Below, one piece after another: positions 39,795 to 50,289 of a stretch of 64,000 bases of DNA. The stretch is from positions 3,552,001 through 3,616,000 of the forward strand of contig OZ240245.1 of assembly GCA_965198175.1 (NCBI GenBank), in the 5' to 3' direction. The translations under genes and the position numbers were made by a program. The DNA is from Candidatus Poribacteria bacterium. Lineage in GTDB: Bacteria; Poribacteria; WGA-4E; PCPOR2b. The notes below the pieces were generated by a model, which had not been told where the DNA came from, made no database searches, and worked only from the letters and a program-made list of their open reading frames with translations. Positions within the stretch are counted from its first letter, which is position 1; each line of letters begins with the position of its first letter.

Positions 39795-39994
39795 GTAGGT
39801 TGGGTGGAGCCAACGGCGATACTATGCGATTCAAATTTCCTTGAACATATCGGTAAGTTCAAACGCTATATACATCCGAAAGGTTAAAAAGCGTTGGGTT
39901 TCGCTTCATCATCACAAATTTCATACAGAATCAACCCCCGAAACCCGTATGTTCCATGTCGCATGTTTCACCAACACAGCTCTACCCAACCTAC
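39795..39994. repeat. 200-bp REP-doublet/MITE-like element
   Basis: Terminal inverted repeats GTAGGTTGGGTGGAGC / GCTCTACCCAACCTAC (15/16). Confidence 0.75.
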
Positions 39995-40042
39995 AATTAC
40001 TACAATCGCCCTTGGTAATGGGGAGGATTTCATAAAATAGCG

Positions 40043-42271
40043 TTACTGTTCTTCAAAACGCAGTAGTTCGGAGGAAGCTATGGATTCCAGGTGAATCGGT
40101 ATGCCATCCTGAACCAATCGTAAGCCGTCAATTGTGGCTGATTCGCCGGTGCTATCGAACGTGACAGCGTAGGTTTTTCCGCGATGAAGCCCCCTGGGAG
40201 TGAAAAGATAAGTGTCGGATTCGCTCTTGCCGATTCGGGCGATAGTCGCCCATCCTTTAGCGCGGTCTGGTGACGCATATTCGACAGCAAACCAGCCGTT
40301 CGCGGTCACATCGCCGCGGGCGGAGACGGGCGCGTGGTGATACATCTTGCAGGTCGGCAGCAGCGGGCGGATGAACTCTCTGTAGAGCTTAGCGTAGCGA
40401 AGGTAGTCGTTCCGGCGTTCACGGGTCAAACTCTCGCGACTCGGTGCGACCATCCCAGCAAAAATCATGGGTGTACCGAGCGTGAAGATGCTCCGCAGCA
40501 AAGTATCAAAGTTCTCAGGATATCCGATTCCCTCTCGACAGGCGCCGAACGCGGTTACGATGATTTCAGGCGGCAGCCCCATCGTCAAGCCGCTGTAGTT
40601 CTGGAGTACGTGGGGCAGCCAGAGCACATCGGTGAGATACGCCTCATGGAATCGGCTGACGACGCCGAGATCGTTGCGAGCTCCGCCTACGGCGCACTGC
40701 TGCAAGATTAGATTCGGATACCTCCTCTGGATCCGCTCGAAAAGGCTGTAGAATGCTTCATAATAACGCCAGTAGTTGTTTTCTACATAGCCGTCTCGAC
40801 TTGTTGCGGGACCTTCGTAAGTGAAGAGGGGATTGTAGTCGAGTCTGAATAGGTCTAATTCGTAACTCTTGATAAGCCGCACCAGTTCGGACTCAACGTA
40901 TTCGGCGACTTCCGGTCGGGATAGGTTCAGGATGCCACTCGGTCCAATCCAGTCCGGGTGTTCCTTCACGATTTTACACCCTTTTCCGTAAGCACGTTCA
41001 ATCTCGCCGTAGATACCGAATCGGAGCCCTTTTTGATGGACGTATTCAACAAGGGGCTCCAAGCCGCGCGGGAACCGGTTAGGGGATGGAAACCAGTCCC
41101 CTTGTTCGTCCCACCATCCTGCGTCTAGGGTGAACAGCTCGGCACCGATGGACTCGGCAATGTCGATACATTCGCGCACGGTCGACTCGTCGAAGATACG
41201 GCGATTTGCATCATCTACTTCGCTAGCCGCATTCTCGGCGAATGCGTAACCTCCGCGTTCGAGGTAGCCCTGGTCGCCGGGGACCAAGTATTGAATCCGG
41301 TAGGCGGATTCGGTACCGACGGACGGGAGGACGAAGCGCCGCAAGTGGTCGTGCATCGCCTGAACCGCTTCGTCGAGATCGCCTGAGACGAGCCCGAGGT
41401 GAACTGCGGGTGTTTCGATTGTCTCTCCTGGCACAATCACGCGCTGCGGAGCCTCTGCCGAGGGACCCAGCCTAAATTTCAGAAGATCTTGGGCGGACGA
41501 CCGTAAGGGTCCCCATCGCCGCTCATAGTCAGGATTGACACCTTCGTGGCAGTCGAACTCCATGCGCCAGTTGGCTGACCATGCTAGATGACCGATTAGG
41601 TATTCTCCTTTTGCCCGGTTATTGACAATAAAGAAGGGGTCATCGAACCCTTGACCCTTGTCGCATTCCACGATTTTGGTTCCGGTTGACAGCGGCTCCC
41701 ATTTGAACCAGCCTTCGTAGCCCCAGTCACTCTCGCTGAAATAGCCCAAGTTGAAGGCGCGGTCGAGCCCTTCCGGCGGAAAATGTTTGTGCCCTGCGTG
41801 CGCCCTTATAAGGCTTGACCAAGGGTAGACTTTTGTCAGCGCCATCGGTTCGTCGGCGTTATTCGTAATTTCGAGCCAACGTGTCAGCACCGGTGTCCCG
41901 TCGAGTAGGGTATGCAGTCTGACGCCGATAGGGCGGACGGTATTGGAGAGTTCAACCACAAAGTGGCGAGCGCCACGGTTGGTCACTGCGACTTCGACGC
42001 CGGATATCCAACGCCAGCCCGTGGACAGCGGGAAATGTTCAATCTCGAGTTGGAAGGCATCCTCTTCCCAGAGCTCGTAAACCCAATTGGAGCGACCATT
42101 AGCGTTCCAGTATCGTCCGACCCATCGATCGCCGAGCAGGGCTTCAACGTAGATGGTTCTGCCGGAGGCGAATTGGATTTGATGGTCGGCGGCTTTGCGA
42201 GTCGCAATGCCAGTTTCTTTGTCCATACCGCTCCTCAGCGTTTGACGCAGTTTAACCGAAATAGAACCCAA
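40043..42271 (-). CDS. Alpha-galactosidase (GH36-like)
   Basis: ELFTLDAGWW, GDWFPSPNRFPRGL, GLRFGIYGEIE, FRLDYN and CAVGGARND; C-terminal PRGLHRGKTYAVTFD. Confidence 0.85.
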   Translation of the reverse strand: MGSISVKLRQTLRSGMDKETGIATRKAADHQIQFASGRTIYVEALLGDRWVGRYWNANGRSNWVYELWEEDAFQLEIEHFPLSTGWRWISGVEVAVTNRGARHFVVELSNTVRPIGVRLHTLLDGTPVLTRWLEITNNADEPMALTKVYPWSSLIRAHAGHKHFPPEGLDRAFNLGYFSESDWGYEGWFKWEPLSTGTKIVECDKGQGFDDPFFIVNNRAKGEYLIGHLAWSANWRMEFDCHEGVNPDYERRWGPLRSSAQDLLKFRLGPSAEAPQRVIVPGETIETPAVHLGLVSGDLDEAVQAMHDHLRRFVLPSVGTESAYRIQYLVPGDQGYLERGGYAFAENAASEVDDANRRIFDESTVRECIDIAESIGAELFTLDAGWWDEQGDWFPSPNRFPRGLEPLVEYVHQKGLRFGIYGEIERAYGKGCKIVKEHPDWIGPSGILNLSRPEVAEYVESELVRLIKSYELDLFRLDYNPLFTYEGPATSRDGYVENNYWRYYEAFYSLFERIQRRYPNLILQQCAVGGARNDLGVVSRFHEAYLTDVLWLPHVLQNYSGLTMGLPPEIIVTAFGACREGIGYPENFDTLLRSIFTLGTPMIFAGMVAPSRESLTRERRNDYLRYAKLYREFIRPLLPTCKMYHHAPVSARGDVTANGWFAVEYASPDRAKGWATIARIGKSESDTYLFTPRGLHRGKTYAVTFDSTGESATIDGLRLVQDGIPIHLESIASSELLRFEEQ

Positions 42272-42292
42272 TGACTGTGAAACTATCGAATC

Positions 42293-43360
42293 TTACACAG
42301 ATTCGGATGGGTCAACACCGAACTTGTCAGCGAGGGCGCCCAAATCTGCAATTACCGATGAGAGCATGGGGATTCCCTCTTTAAGATACCGGGCGCGTTT
42401 TTCGTGTTCCGGCTCGCCCGGCAAGTAGATACGGTCGTAGCCGGGGGCGAGCTCTGCAGATTTCATCTGTTGGATTAGGTTGTCAACTCTGGCTTTGAAT
42501 TCGGCGACAGGCAAAAAGGCAGTGATGTTGATGGCTTGGAAGAAATGACCGACATTGCGGGCGACTTTGAGTTTTTCGTGTCGAACGACTTGACGGGCAA
42601 AATTTGCGCCCATGAGCACAGCGGCGAGCACTTCAAAGACCAGCGTGAGCGCGTAGCCCTTGTAGTCACCGATGGGAAGTACCAGTCCGGCTCTGGCTTC
42701 CGCAGGATCCTCGGTCGGTTCTCCCTGCGAGTTAAGCGCCCACCCTTTGGGTATCTTTTCCCCTTTACGGATGGCGAGATCGAGTTTCCCGCCTGCGACG
42801 ACGCTGGTCGCCATGTCGAGCACAATGGGCAGTTCTTCGCCAGCGGGTATGGCGACGCCGAGGGGGTCGTTGCCCATGGTAGGCGTCAGACCGCCCCAGG
42901 GCGCCATAATCGGTCCACCGTTCGTGGTGGCGATTCCAATCATGTCGTGAGGCAGCGCCATCTGCGCCCAGTGGGCACAGGCGCCGAAGTGACTGCTGTT
43001 GCGCGCCCCGGCGACGCCGATCCCGGAAGCCCTCGACTTGTCAATCGCAACCTCCATTGCGCGCTTGCTCACAACCTGTCCGAGACCGTTGTCCCCGTCT
43101 ATCACGGCAGTCCCACCCGTCTCTGTCACAACCCGCACATCCGGTTTGGCGTTTGTTCCCCCTTGTATGAGCCTGTCAACGTAGCCGGGGAGGCGCATCA
43201 TGCCGTGAGAGTGCACTCCTCGAAGGTCGGTTTCTACGAGGCTGCCGATTGTTATTTCGGCATCATCGATCGGTACATCCAGCTTTTCCAAGACCCCTAC
43301 ACCTACTTTTCGCAGGAATTCAGCGTGGACCGTTGTGTATAATTCTGAGTTTTCCTTCAT
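42293..43360 (-). CDS. Ldh_2 family oxidoreductase
   Basis: DLRGVHSHG, IDGDNGLG, SSHFG, VLDMATS, YKGYAL and IYLPGEPE. Confidence 0.92.
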   Translation of the reverse strand: MKENSELYTTVHAEFLRKVGVGVLEKLDVPIDDAEITIGSLVETDLRGVHSHGMMRLPGYVDRLIQGGTNAKPDVRVVTETGGTAVIDGDNGLGQVVSKRAMEVAIDKSRASGIGVAGARNSSHFGACAHWAQMALPHDMIGIATTNGGPIMAPWGGLTPTMGNDPLGVAIPAGEELPIVLDMATSVVAGGKLDLAIRKGEKIPKGWALNSQGEPTEDPAEARAGLVLPIGDYKGYALTLVFEVLAAVLMGANFARQVVRHEKLKVARNVGHFFQAINITAFLPVAEFKARVDNLIQQMKSAELAPGYDRIYLPGEPEHEKRARYLKEGIPMLSSVIADLGALADKFGVDPSESV

Positions 43361-43515
43361 GTGTGTCTTTCTTTCTCCCTTGTATATACTAAAGTCAAAA
43401 TTGCGAGATTATGTTCATTTTCCGATCGTCAAAAAAGGTAACTCACGATAATGCGTTTCAGGTTTTGAGTGGATAGGAACGGATTAACTTGAAACAGGGA
43501 GCTCATCCTCACCAG

Positions 43516-44172
43516 CTAATGCACGGCGCCTGATGCTTCAACGACCCAACTAATCGCCTGACAGACCAGTTTGCGGTAATTTGGATTGCGGTACGCAAAC
43601 GCGTCGTGACCGTGTTGGATGTAGACTATCGGAGAATTCGCGTAACGATGCGTCCAGCCGATGACCGACGCGCTGTCGGGATGATCTGTGCGAAGGAGAA
43701 CATGCACGTTTGGGTTGACGGCATAACCCTTGTAGGTCTCATCCTGAATCCCGAAATCGTCAATTCCGCGTGTCACTGGATGATTTGGGTCGGCGATTCT
43801 TACTGTGAATTGAACGTCGTGTCTGACCGTACATTCATCGGAGTTCCAGACGCCGCCCACGATTCGATCATACTCATCCCACTCCCGGAACGAGATTAGG
43901 GCATGGTGGAGTGAGACAATCCCTACACCGTGATTCAACAGATTTACGTATGCCGCTTGTTGCGCGGGTGTGATTTCCTGCCACATATCGTAAAACACAA
44001 GCGCATCATAGTCGTTTGCGCCTTCGATAGTCAGCTGTCCAAATGCATCGGGGAACGTCGCAGCTTCGTAGCTGAGATTGTCGAGACTGTCAAACATGCC
44101 CCAGAATGATTCCGGTTGGAAATCGTGACCGCCGGTAATTACTAGCACGTGGTTTCTTTGACTTGTTGTCAT
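43516..44172 (-). CDS. ThuA-like domain protein
   Basis: VLVITGGHDF, YDALVFYD, GIVSLHH, HPVTRGIDDF..DETY and YIQHGHD. AGGAG RBS before ATG 44172. Confidence 0.85.
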   Translation of the reverse strand: MTTSQRNHVLVITGGHDFQPESFWGMFDSLDNLSYEAATFPDAFGQLTIEGANDYDALVFYDMWQEITPAQQAAYVNLLNHGVGIVSLHHALISFREWDEYDRIVGGVWNSDECTVRHDVQFTVRIADPNHPVTRGIDDFGIQDETYKGYAVNPNVHVLLRTDHPDSASVIGWTHRYANSPIVYIQHGHDAFAYRNPNYRKLVCQAISWVVEASGAVH

Positions 44173-44225
44173 TGTTTGGCTCCTAATCTGACATTTATCC
44201 GAATAACAGTTGAAAGTCCCACCCT

Positions 44226-44900
44226 TTATGATATCACCTGACGTTTGCGAATCAGGGTCGGGATGAGCGATACGAGGACGATGAAGACGCCAGCGATCGC
44301 CAGATACATCAATGTCACCCTGATATTTCCTTCGCCGACGTTCACTGCGGCGCCCAGTTGGACATAAGCGACTGTGCCAGGCAACATGCAGATCCACGAG
44401 ACCAAGAAGTAAGTGGAAAACTTAATCTGCGTGAGCCCATAAGCGTAATTCTGCAGATTGAAGGGAAAGATTGGAACGAGCCGTGTAATCATCAACATAC
44501 GCCACCCCTGCTTCCTAACCCCATCGTCAATTTTCCGAAACTGGGCATTGCCGGCAACCCACGCTTCAACCATGCCGCGAGCGGTATAACGAGCAATTAG
44601 AAAAGCACATGAAACCCCGATAGCCGATCCGATTGAGGCGTAGACAACTCCCCAGAGCGGTCCAAAAGCAAGCCCCGAAAGTGCGGTAACGGGCAAACCC
44701 GGCAGAAAGAACACGACTGCAACAACATAAAAGCCGATAAAAGTCAAAGGTGCAATTGCGCCAAAGCTGTTGATTTTTTCCTTGATTTTGGGGATGTTCT
44801 CCCAAGTTAGATATTCAGCCGCACCCGAATATCTCAAGAAAACGTACACGACTCCGATTGCAGACAAGGCGATAATTAGTTTGATTAGGTTTTTGTTCAT
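44226..44900 (-). CDS. TVP38/TMEM64 (DedA-like) membrane protein
   Basis: LPGLPVTALSGLAFG and TRLVPIFPFNLQNYAYGLT. Confidence 0.9.
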   Translation of the reverse strand: MNKNLIKLIIALSAIGVVYVFLRYSGAAEYLTWENIPKIKEKINSFGAIAPLTFIGFYVVAVVFFLPGLPVTALSGLAFGPLWGVVYASIGSAIGVSCAFLIARYTARGMVEAWVAGNAQFRKIDDGVRKQGWRMLMITRLVPIFPFNLQNYAYGLTQIKFSTYFLVSWICMLPGTVAYVQLGAAVNVGEGNIRVTLMYLAIAGVFIVLVSLIPTLIRKRQVIS

Positions 44901-44971
44901 CCTGCCTCTCTTTTCGGAAACGCCCTTTCCCCGGATTGCAGCGACAGCAATTGTTTTGGGTTGCCGCGAAC

Positions 44972-45775
44972 TCAACGACCCTCCAAGTATCCTCTGATTT
45001 TCGGAACATTATCGGTCCACATTCCACCAATCTCGTTCTGCAGCAGCCATGCCACATCACGCTGCGTGCGGACAAATCCACCTTCAACGACGATGTCTTT
45101 CGTTTTGAGTTTTCTGACTTTGCGCTTCAGCGAACGGAAGAAGAAATTGTAAAGACAGAAGTGGTTCACTTTGCTCCAACCGATGATGATTCGGTTGACG
45201 TTAATGTTTTCTGCTGCCTTAAGGAGATTTGCTACGGGGTTAATGATGATAACGCTCGTTTGAATGTTAGGTTCAAGTTGTTTGGCTTGGATGAGCAAAT
45301 CCTTCCGGGAATAAAACGTCAGAAGTCCAATCTTGTGGACAAGATTAAACTGTCGAATCCGATTTACAACGATTGGGATGAGTTCTTTTGAATCCTCTTT
45401 CGGCTCAATGAAGCACGGCAGTTGCGTTTCCTTGACAAACGAGAGCGTCTGATCCAGATGTGCAACAGGCTCATTGGAATCTAGCACTTTGAGCGTTTGA
45501 ACGTCATCCCAAGTCAGTTCGTGGAACGGAGAGGTACATCCCGTAACTTCTTGAATGCTGTCCTCATTAAAGCCCGTATGGATCATAATCGGCTGATGGT
45601 CTTTGGTCAAGCGGACATCGCACTCGAATACGTCTGCCCCGTCTTCAAACGCTTGTCTGAAGGCGGCGATTGTGTTCTCAGGACCACGTTCCAACCCGCC
45701 GCGATGCGCTAGCATTTGCGGCGTCACATGGGCATTTTGGATGCCGGTTTGGCAACCATGGAGTGCGTAGCTCAC
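44972..45775 (-). CDS. Glycerophosphodiester phosphodiesterase family protein
   Basis: AHRGG, PENTIAAF, ECDVRLTKD, IEPK and WTDN. Start codon uncertain. Confidence 0.85.
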   Translation of the reverse strand: MSYALHGCQTGIQNAHVTPQMLAHRGGLERGPENTIAAFRQAFEDGADVFECDVRLTKDHQPIMIHTGFNEDSIQEVTGCTSPFHELTWDDVQTLKVLDSNEPVAHLDQTLSFVKETQLPCFIEPKEDSKELIPIVVNRIRQFNLVHKIGLLTFYSRKDLLIQAKQLEPNIQTSVIIINPVANLLKAAENINVNRIIIGWSKVNHFCLYNFFFRSLKRKVRKLKTKDIVVEGGFVRTQRDVAWLLQNEIGGMWTDNVPKIRGYLEGR

Positions 45776-45855
45776 GATTGTTTCCTTTTCAGTCTGAATC
45801 GATTAGATATCCGCTAAGCGCAGCTTAAATCTGAGCCTTGAGGTTTTCACTTGTG

Positions 45856-46647
45856 TCACATCGCAACAATCCGGCGCATCCGTTCCGCAATATCGACCTG
45901 AGCCGCCCAATCCCCACTCACTTCGTGGACAACATATTCGTCGTAACCGATTGCCCTGAATTCGCGTATTAGGGTTTGCCAATCGGTATCCCCTTCACGG
46001 AGGTTGACAAATTGATGTCGGTCGCGCTTGAAATCCTTGAAATGCACGCGCACGATTCGACCCCCAAGCTCACGAATCCAATGTTCCGGGTATCCGTAAG
46101 CCATCATGTTAGCTGTGTCGAGGTAGACTCCAATCCATTCGCTACGAATTGCATCAACAAATTCGCGCATCTCTCTGGGGCTAAGCAGGAATTTGTTCCA
46201 CACATTTTCCAAACCAATGACGGCACTGTTAGACGCGGCAACTGGCACCAAATCACTCAGAATGGACGATAGGTTATCCCAAACCGCCTGATATGTACCT
46301 TCAGCAGTCAGTTGACCTGGGTGCAACAGAATTGCATCCACGCCGAGCACGCCGGCAATTTCGAGGCTCCGGACGACCGTCTTGACGCCTCTCTCCCGAT
46401 CTTCCGCGTTGAGACTCAGCAAGTTTCCCCGATCTCGATAGTTGGCAACGATGCTGCTAACCTCGATCCCCGCAGAAACGCAACACTCGCCAACCGTCCT
46501 TATCTCCGATTGGCTCATACTGATGTCCGTGTCCCTTCCTTCCCCAAAGCTCAGTTCAACTGCGTCATAGCCCGCCTCTTGGCATAGTGTGAGCGTGTCG
46601 GCAAGTGACATATTTCCAAGGATGATTTGCGTAATGCCAATTTTCAT
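45856..46647 (-). CDS. Sugar phosphate isomerase/epimerase (AP_endonuc_2 TIM barrel)
   Basis: GYDAVEL, LENVWNKFLLSP, YLDTAN, VHFKDF and VHEV. Confidence 0.9.
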   Translation of the reverse strand: MKIGITQIILGNMSLADTLTLCQEAGYDAVELSFGEGRDTDISMSQSEIRTVGECCVSAGIEVSSIVANYRDRGNLLSLNAEDRERGVKTVVRSLEIAGVLGVDAILLHPGQLTAEGTYQAVWDNLSSILSDLVPVAASNSAVIGLENVWNKFLLSPREMREFVDAIRSEWIGVYLDTANMMAYGYPEHWIRELGGRIVRVHFKDFKRDRHQFVNLREGDTDWQTLIREFRAIGYDEYVVHEVSGDWAAQVDIAERMRRIVAM

Positions 46648-46795
46648 TTGTTCTCCTAATTCAGTTGGATTGGGGCGCGATAGCGGCGATGCGGAGGGTT
46701 GGCTTTGAACGATGTTGCGGCTGCGATAATTTCCCAATCGCATTCTCGCTTTGTGTTGAATACCTCATGAGATAGATTTCGTCGGCTCGTGGGTA

Positions 46796-48031
46796 TCAGG
46801 CATTGGAATGCCCCTGCCGAATGACCTTCGCCGTCTCTCTAGCGACAATGAACTCCTCATTCGCCGGTATGGCGAGAATCTTTGCCCGGCTATCAGAGGT
46901 AGAGAGTTCGCCTTCGCCGGTGTGATTCTCGTTCTTTTGTGGATTCAAAAGAATGCCTTGCCACTGGAGTCCATCGCAGATTGCCTCACGAGCTGTTGCG
47001 CTTTTTTCACCGATTCCACCGGTGAACGCGATTACATCAACCCCGCCGAGCGCGGCGATATACGCGCCAATATACTTTTTGACGCCATAAAAATAGGTGT
47101 CCAACGCCAAGCGTGCGTCGTCATTCCCCGCCTTTGCTGCTGCTTCGATATCTCGAACGTCCCCACTGACTCCGGAGATTCCAAGCAGACCAGATTCGTT
47201 GATTAATTGGCGACGAATCTCCTCTGTATCCCACCCTTCTTCCTCCATCACATAAAGCATGGCGAATGGGTCGAAATCGCCGCTCCTTGTCGACTGGATT
47301 AGCCCGTACTGTGTCGAAACGCCCATTGTGGTATCGATGGACTTGCCATCACGGATGGCGCACAACGACGAACTCCCCCCTAGATGGCAAGAGATGATTC
47401 GCAGCGCGCCCGAGCTTTGCGTCTGTTTGTGTCCATCGGGAGATGCGTCGAGTAGCTGCGGCACGCGCTCGGCGATGTATCGGTGCGATGCACCGTGAAA
47501 TCCATAGCGGCGGACTTGGTATTTCTCCACCCATGCACGTGGGACGCCGAAATCGTAAGCGTAGTCAGGGATGGTTTGATGGAACCACGTCTCTAAAACG
47601 GCGACTAGAGGCGTATTCGGCGCCAATTCTTGAAAAGCGCGAATGGAAGCAATGTAAGCGGAATTATGCAGGGGAACAAGCGGAATATACGCCTCAAGTG
47701 CTACGATGACCTGTTCCGTGATGATGGCGGAACGCCAGATACCCTTAGCAAAGACAGTTTTGAACCCTACACCCCCCAGCACATTTAGATTACGAATCGC
47801 ACCCCCTTTGGGATGTACTATCAAGTTGATACTGTGTGCGATGGCGGCGTTATGGTCGGGCGCCTCAATTGTTCCACGCACAATTGGTTTGTCAGGGCTG
47901 ACGTGTGTGAACGGCGATGGGGAATTGCCAATCCGTTCCACTACGCCCTTGACAAGCGTCTGTGACGTTCGAACATCAATAATCTGGTATTTGAACGAAG
48001 TGCTGCCAACGTTGGCACAGAGTATCAACAT
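46796..48031 (-). CDS. ackA: Acetate/propionate kinase
   Basis: NVGSTSFKY, PLHN, RRYGFHGASH, CHLGGSSS, TRSGDFDP, FTGGIGE and IPANEE. Confidence 0.9.
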   Translation of the reverse strand: MLILCANVGSTSFKYQIIDVRTSQTLVKGVVERIGNSPSPFTHVSPDKPIVRGTIEAPDHNAAIAHSINLIVHPKGGAIRNLNVLGGVGFKTVFAKGIWRSAIITEQVIVALEAYIPLVPLHNSAYIASIRAFQELAPNTPLVAVLETWFHQTIPDYAYDFGVPRAWVEKYQVRRYGFHGASHRYIAERVPQLLDASPDGHKQTQSSGALRIISCHLGGSSSLCAIRDGKSIDTTMGVSTQYGLIQSTRSGDFDPFAMLYVMEEEGWDTEEIRRQLINESGLLGISGVSGDVRDIEAAAKAGNDDARLALDTYFYGVKKYIGAYIAALGGVDVIAFTGGIGEKSATAREAICDGLQWQGILLNPQKNENHTGEGELSTSDSRAKILAIPANEEFIVARETAKVIRQGHSNA

Positions 48032-48434
48032 AATGCGCCCTTTGAAACAGAACGCTGCTGCGTTACCCACAATTAAATCAACGTTTGTTTATTTCCAAGC
48101 TTCTCAGCCGTGGAAAGATATGCGCGCACCCTTTACAGGATTGGGCTGCGTGAGACGTGTCTAGTGGATTCGGAATAAACCATTCCATTGGTTGTTCCTC
48201 ACGAACCAAGATAATAACTCAGAATCAGATATTTATCAAGCCGAAAAAGACGGATATTCCGCCTCGCGATGGAAACAGCTTTCTCCTCTAGTCTTGGCTA
48301 TAGACATCGCCCCCGTAAATTTCTAGGAATTTGCGGTTTGGTTGAGATTCAGTCCGGTTTGTGATAAAATACAGGGGTTAGATACGCTTAAAGCGACTTT
48401 GCGCCCAAGCGGCATCCAATTGGAGGATGCAGGC

Positions 48435-49379
48435 ATGAACGAGCCCTCAAAAAACGAGACAATTACTGCTATCGACGGAATCAAAGTCGCGCATGCAACG
48501 AACATAAGCGCACGTACGGGTTGCACAGTTATCTTGTGCGAGTCTGGCGCCGTCGCCGGCGTTGATGTCCGCGGTTCGGCTCCCGGTACTAGGGAAACGG
48601 ATGCCATCCGACCCGGGAACTTGGTTAAGAAGGCTCACGCCGTGTTGCTCACAGGCGGCAGTGCGTTCGGATTAGATGCGGTGGGAGGTGTCATGCAGTT
48701 CCTTAAAAAACGCCGCATTGGTTTTCCCGCCGGTCCGGCACGTGTGCCAATAGTGCCAGCTGCGGTGATTTTTGATCTGGGCGTCGGCGATTCCGGGGTA
48801 TATCCGGATCAGGAGATGGGCTACCGAGCTTGCGTGAATGCCACAGGCGATCCAGTCGAGATGGGACAGATTGGCGCGGGCACCGGTGCGACGGTTGGCA
48901 AATTGCCGGGATTCACCGCATCGAATGGCGGTGTTGGATCCGCATGTTACGTTCTCGAATCGGGCTTAATTGTCGCAGCAATTGTCGTCGTCAACGCGTG
49001 GGGAAATATCGTCCATCCGACGACGGGACTAACCGTGGCAGGAGCAAAGGATAAAGATACAAGCGAGTTCGTGGACATTGTGGCATATTTATGCGCTCAG
49101 GGACATGAGGGATGGGATGCGTTTCAAACAGCAGGAACAAACACAACTGTCGGTGTCGTTGCAACGAATGCCGCGCTTAACACCACAGAAGCGACGAAGG
49201 TCGCACAGATGGCGCACGATGGCTTGGCGAGAGTGATTCGCCCGGTTCACACGATGTTCGATGGAGATACTATCTTTGCGCTTTCTCTAGCTTCACAGGA
49301 AGCAGATGTGAATACAGTTGGAATCGTTGCAGTAGAAGTGGTGGCGGAAGCAATCTTGCGGGCAGTAAATTTGAATTAA
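48435..49379 (+). CDS. P1 family (DmpA-like/S58) peptidase
   Basis: TGCTV, DVRGSAPGTRET, GGSAFGL, GAGTGA, NTTVGVVATN and HTMFDGDTIF. Confidence 0.9.
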   Translation: MNEPSKNETITAIDGIKVAHATNISARTGCTVILCESGAVAGVDVRGSAPGTRETDAIRPGNLVKKAHAVLLTGGSAFGLDAVGGVMQFLKKRRIGFPAGPARVPIVPAAVIFDLGVGDSGVYPDQEMGYRACVNATGDPVEMGQIGAGTGATVGKLPGFTASNGGVGSACYVLESGLIVAAIVVVNAWGNIVHPTTGLTVAGAKDKDTSEFVDIVAYLCAQGHEGWDAFQTAGTNTTVGVVATNAALNTTEATKVAQMAHDGLARVIRPVHTMFDGDTIFALSLASQEADVNTVGIVAVEVVAEAILRAVNLN

Positions 49380-49840
49380 ATCTCTTGTTGTTTAGTTGAA
49401 CCAACTCGTACGAAGGGAAGTTTGGATCTGAGTTGCCGAACCGTTCCACCGAGACCCTGTGAATCTTGCAAGAACTCAATATGTTCGGCTTGCTTTTCGA
49501 CCTGTTTACTTAAGTGCATAATAATTGCGAGCGCTCGTTTGCTTGATTCCTCAGAAGCGGCTTGCATCTGTTCAATTAAAGCATCAGATTTTTTTAACTC
49601 CTCTTCACCCTGAACGCGCAATCGTTCAAGCTCCTCATAAAGAAATTGATTCTCTTTCGCCAGCTGCTCAATGCGGGAGTCTTTTTCACGGATTAGCTTT
49701 TTCAGAGAAGAGATTTCTTTCTGGCGGGCAAATTGTACAAACGGTTCATAATAAGGAGCGTTCCGCACAGATTTTTCGCTTCTCTCAAGTGTATTTGGCG
49801 GTTGAACCGATGTTTCTACGGACGAAATAGATGTTTCCAT
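49376..49840 (-). CDS. Hypothetical coiled-coil protein
   Basis: AAAGGAG RBS; heptad-rich segment KDSRIEQLAKENQFLYEELERL; 3' end overlaps the peptidase stop codon. Confidence 0.65.
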   Translation of the reverse strand: METSISSVETSVQPPNTLERSEKSVRNAPYYEPFVQFARQKEISSLKKLIREKDSRIEQLAKENQFLYEELERLRVQGEEELKKSDALIEQMQAASEESSKRALAIIMHLSKQVEKQAEHIEFLQDSQGLGGTVRQLRSKLPFVRVGSTKQQEI

Positions 49841-50289
49841 TCGATCTTATTCTCCTTTTCCACCCCATCTCGGCACCGTCTAATCATACGCTTTGTCGTC
49901 AGGTAGGCAACTCGATTTTTCTTAGGATTGACATTTGGGGAGCCGATTTATCTACACCTAAAACGTGATTGAGGAAGATCGCGTTTCAGTTTTTTCATTA
50001 CACTATATTTATCGCAGATTACAAAATCAGACTGACGTTCCGCACCCGGATTTGGGATTTTGCAGGGTCTACTTGGACCCGCATCCTAACGGGCATTGAG
50101 CGGGGTGGACAGGTAGCAGGAGTGAGAGCAAACATTTTTAGTTCTGCTCTCACTTTTCCCCTGCGAGCTCTCTTGTGCAGCGAGCGCGCCTTGAATATCT
50201 GAAATTGTATCAAAACAAGCGCGGAATAAACTTTCGCTGTTGAGATGATTTAACTAATCGCCATAACAAAACTACCGGAACGCAAATCC

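Noticed and set aside
42536..43342. 268-aa plus-strand ORF
   Set aside because: Antisense shadow of the GC-rich Ldh_2 gene, with no recognisable motifs.
50032..50164. SRP RNA, 6S RNA or a known riboswitch
   Set aside because: Lacks the SRP domain IV motif and any aptamer consensus I recognise; kept only as an unknown structure.
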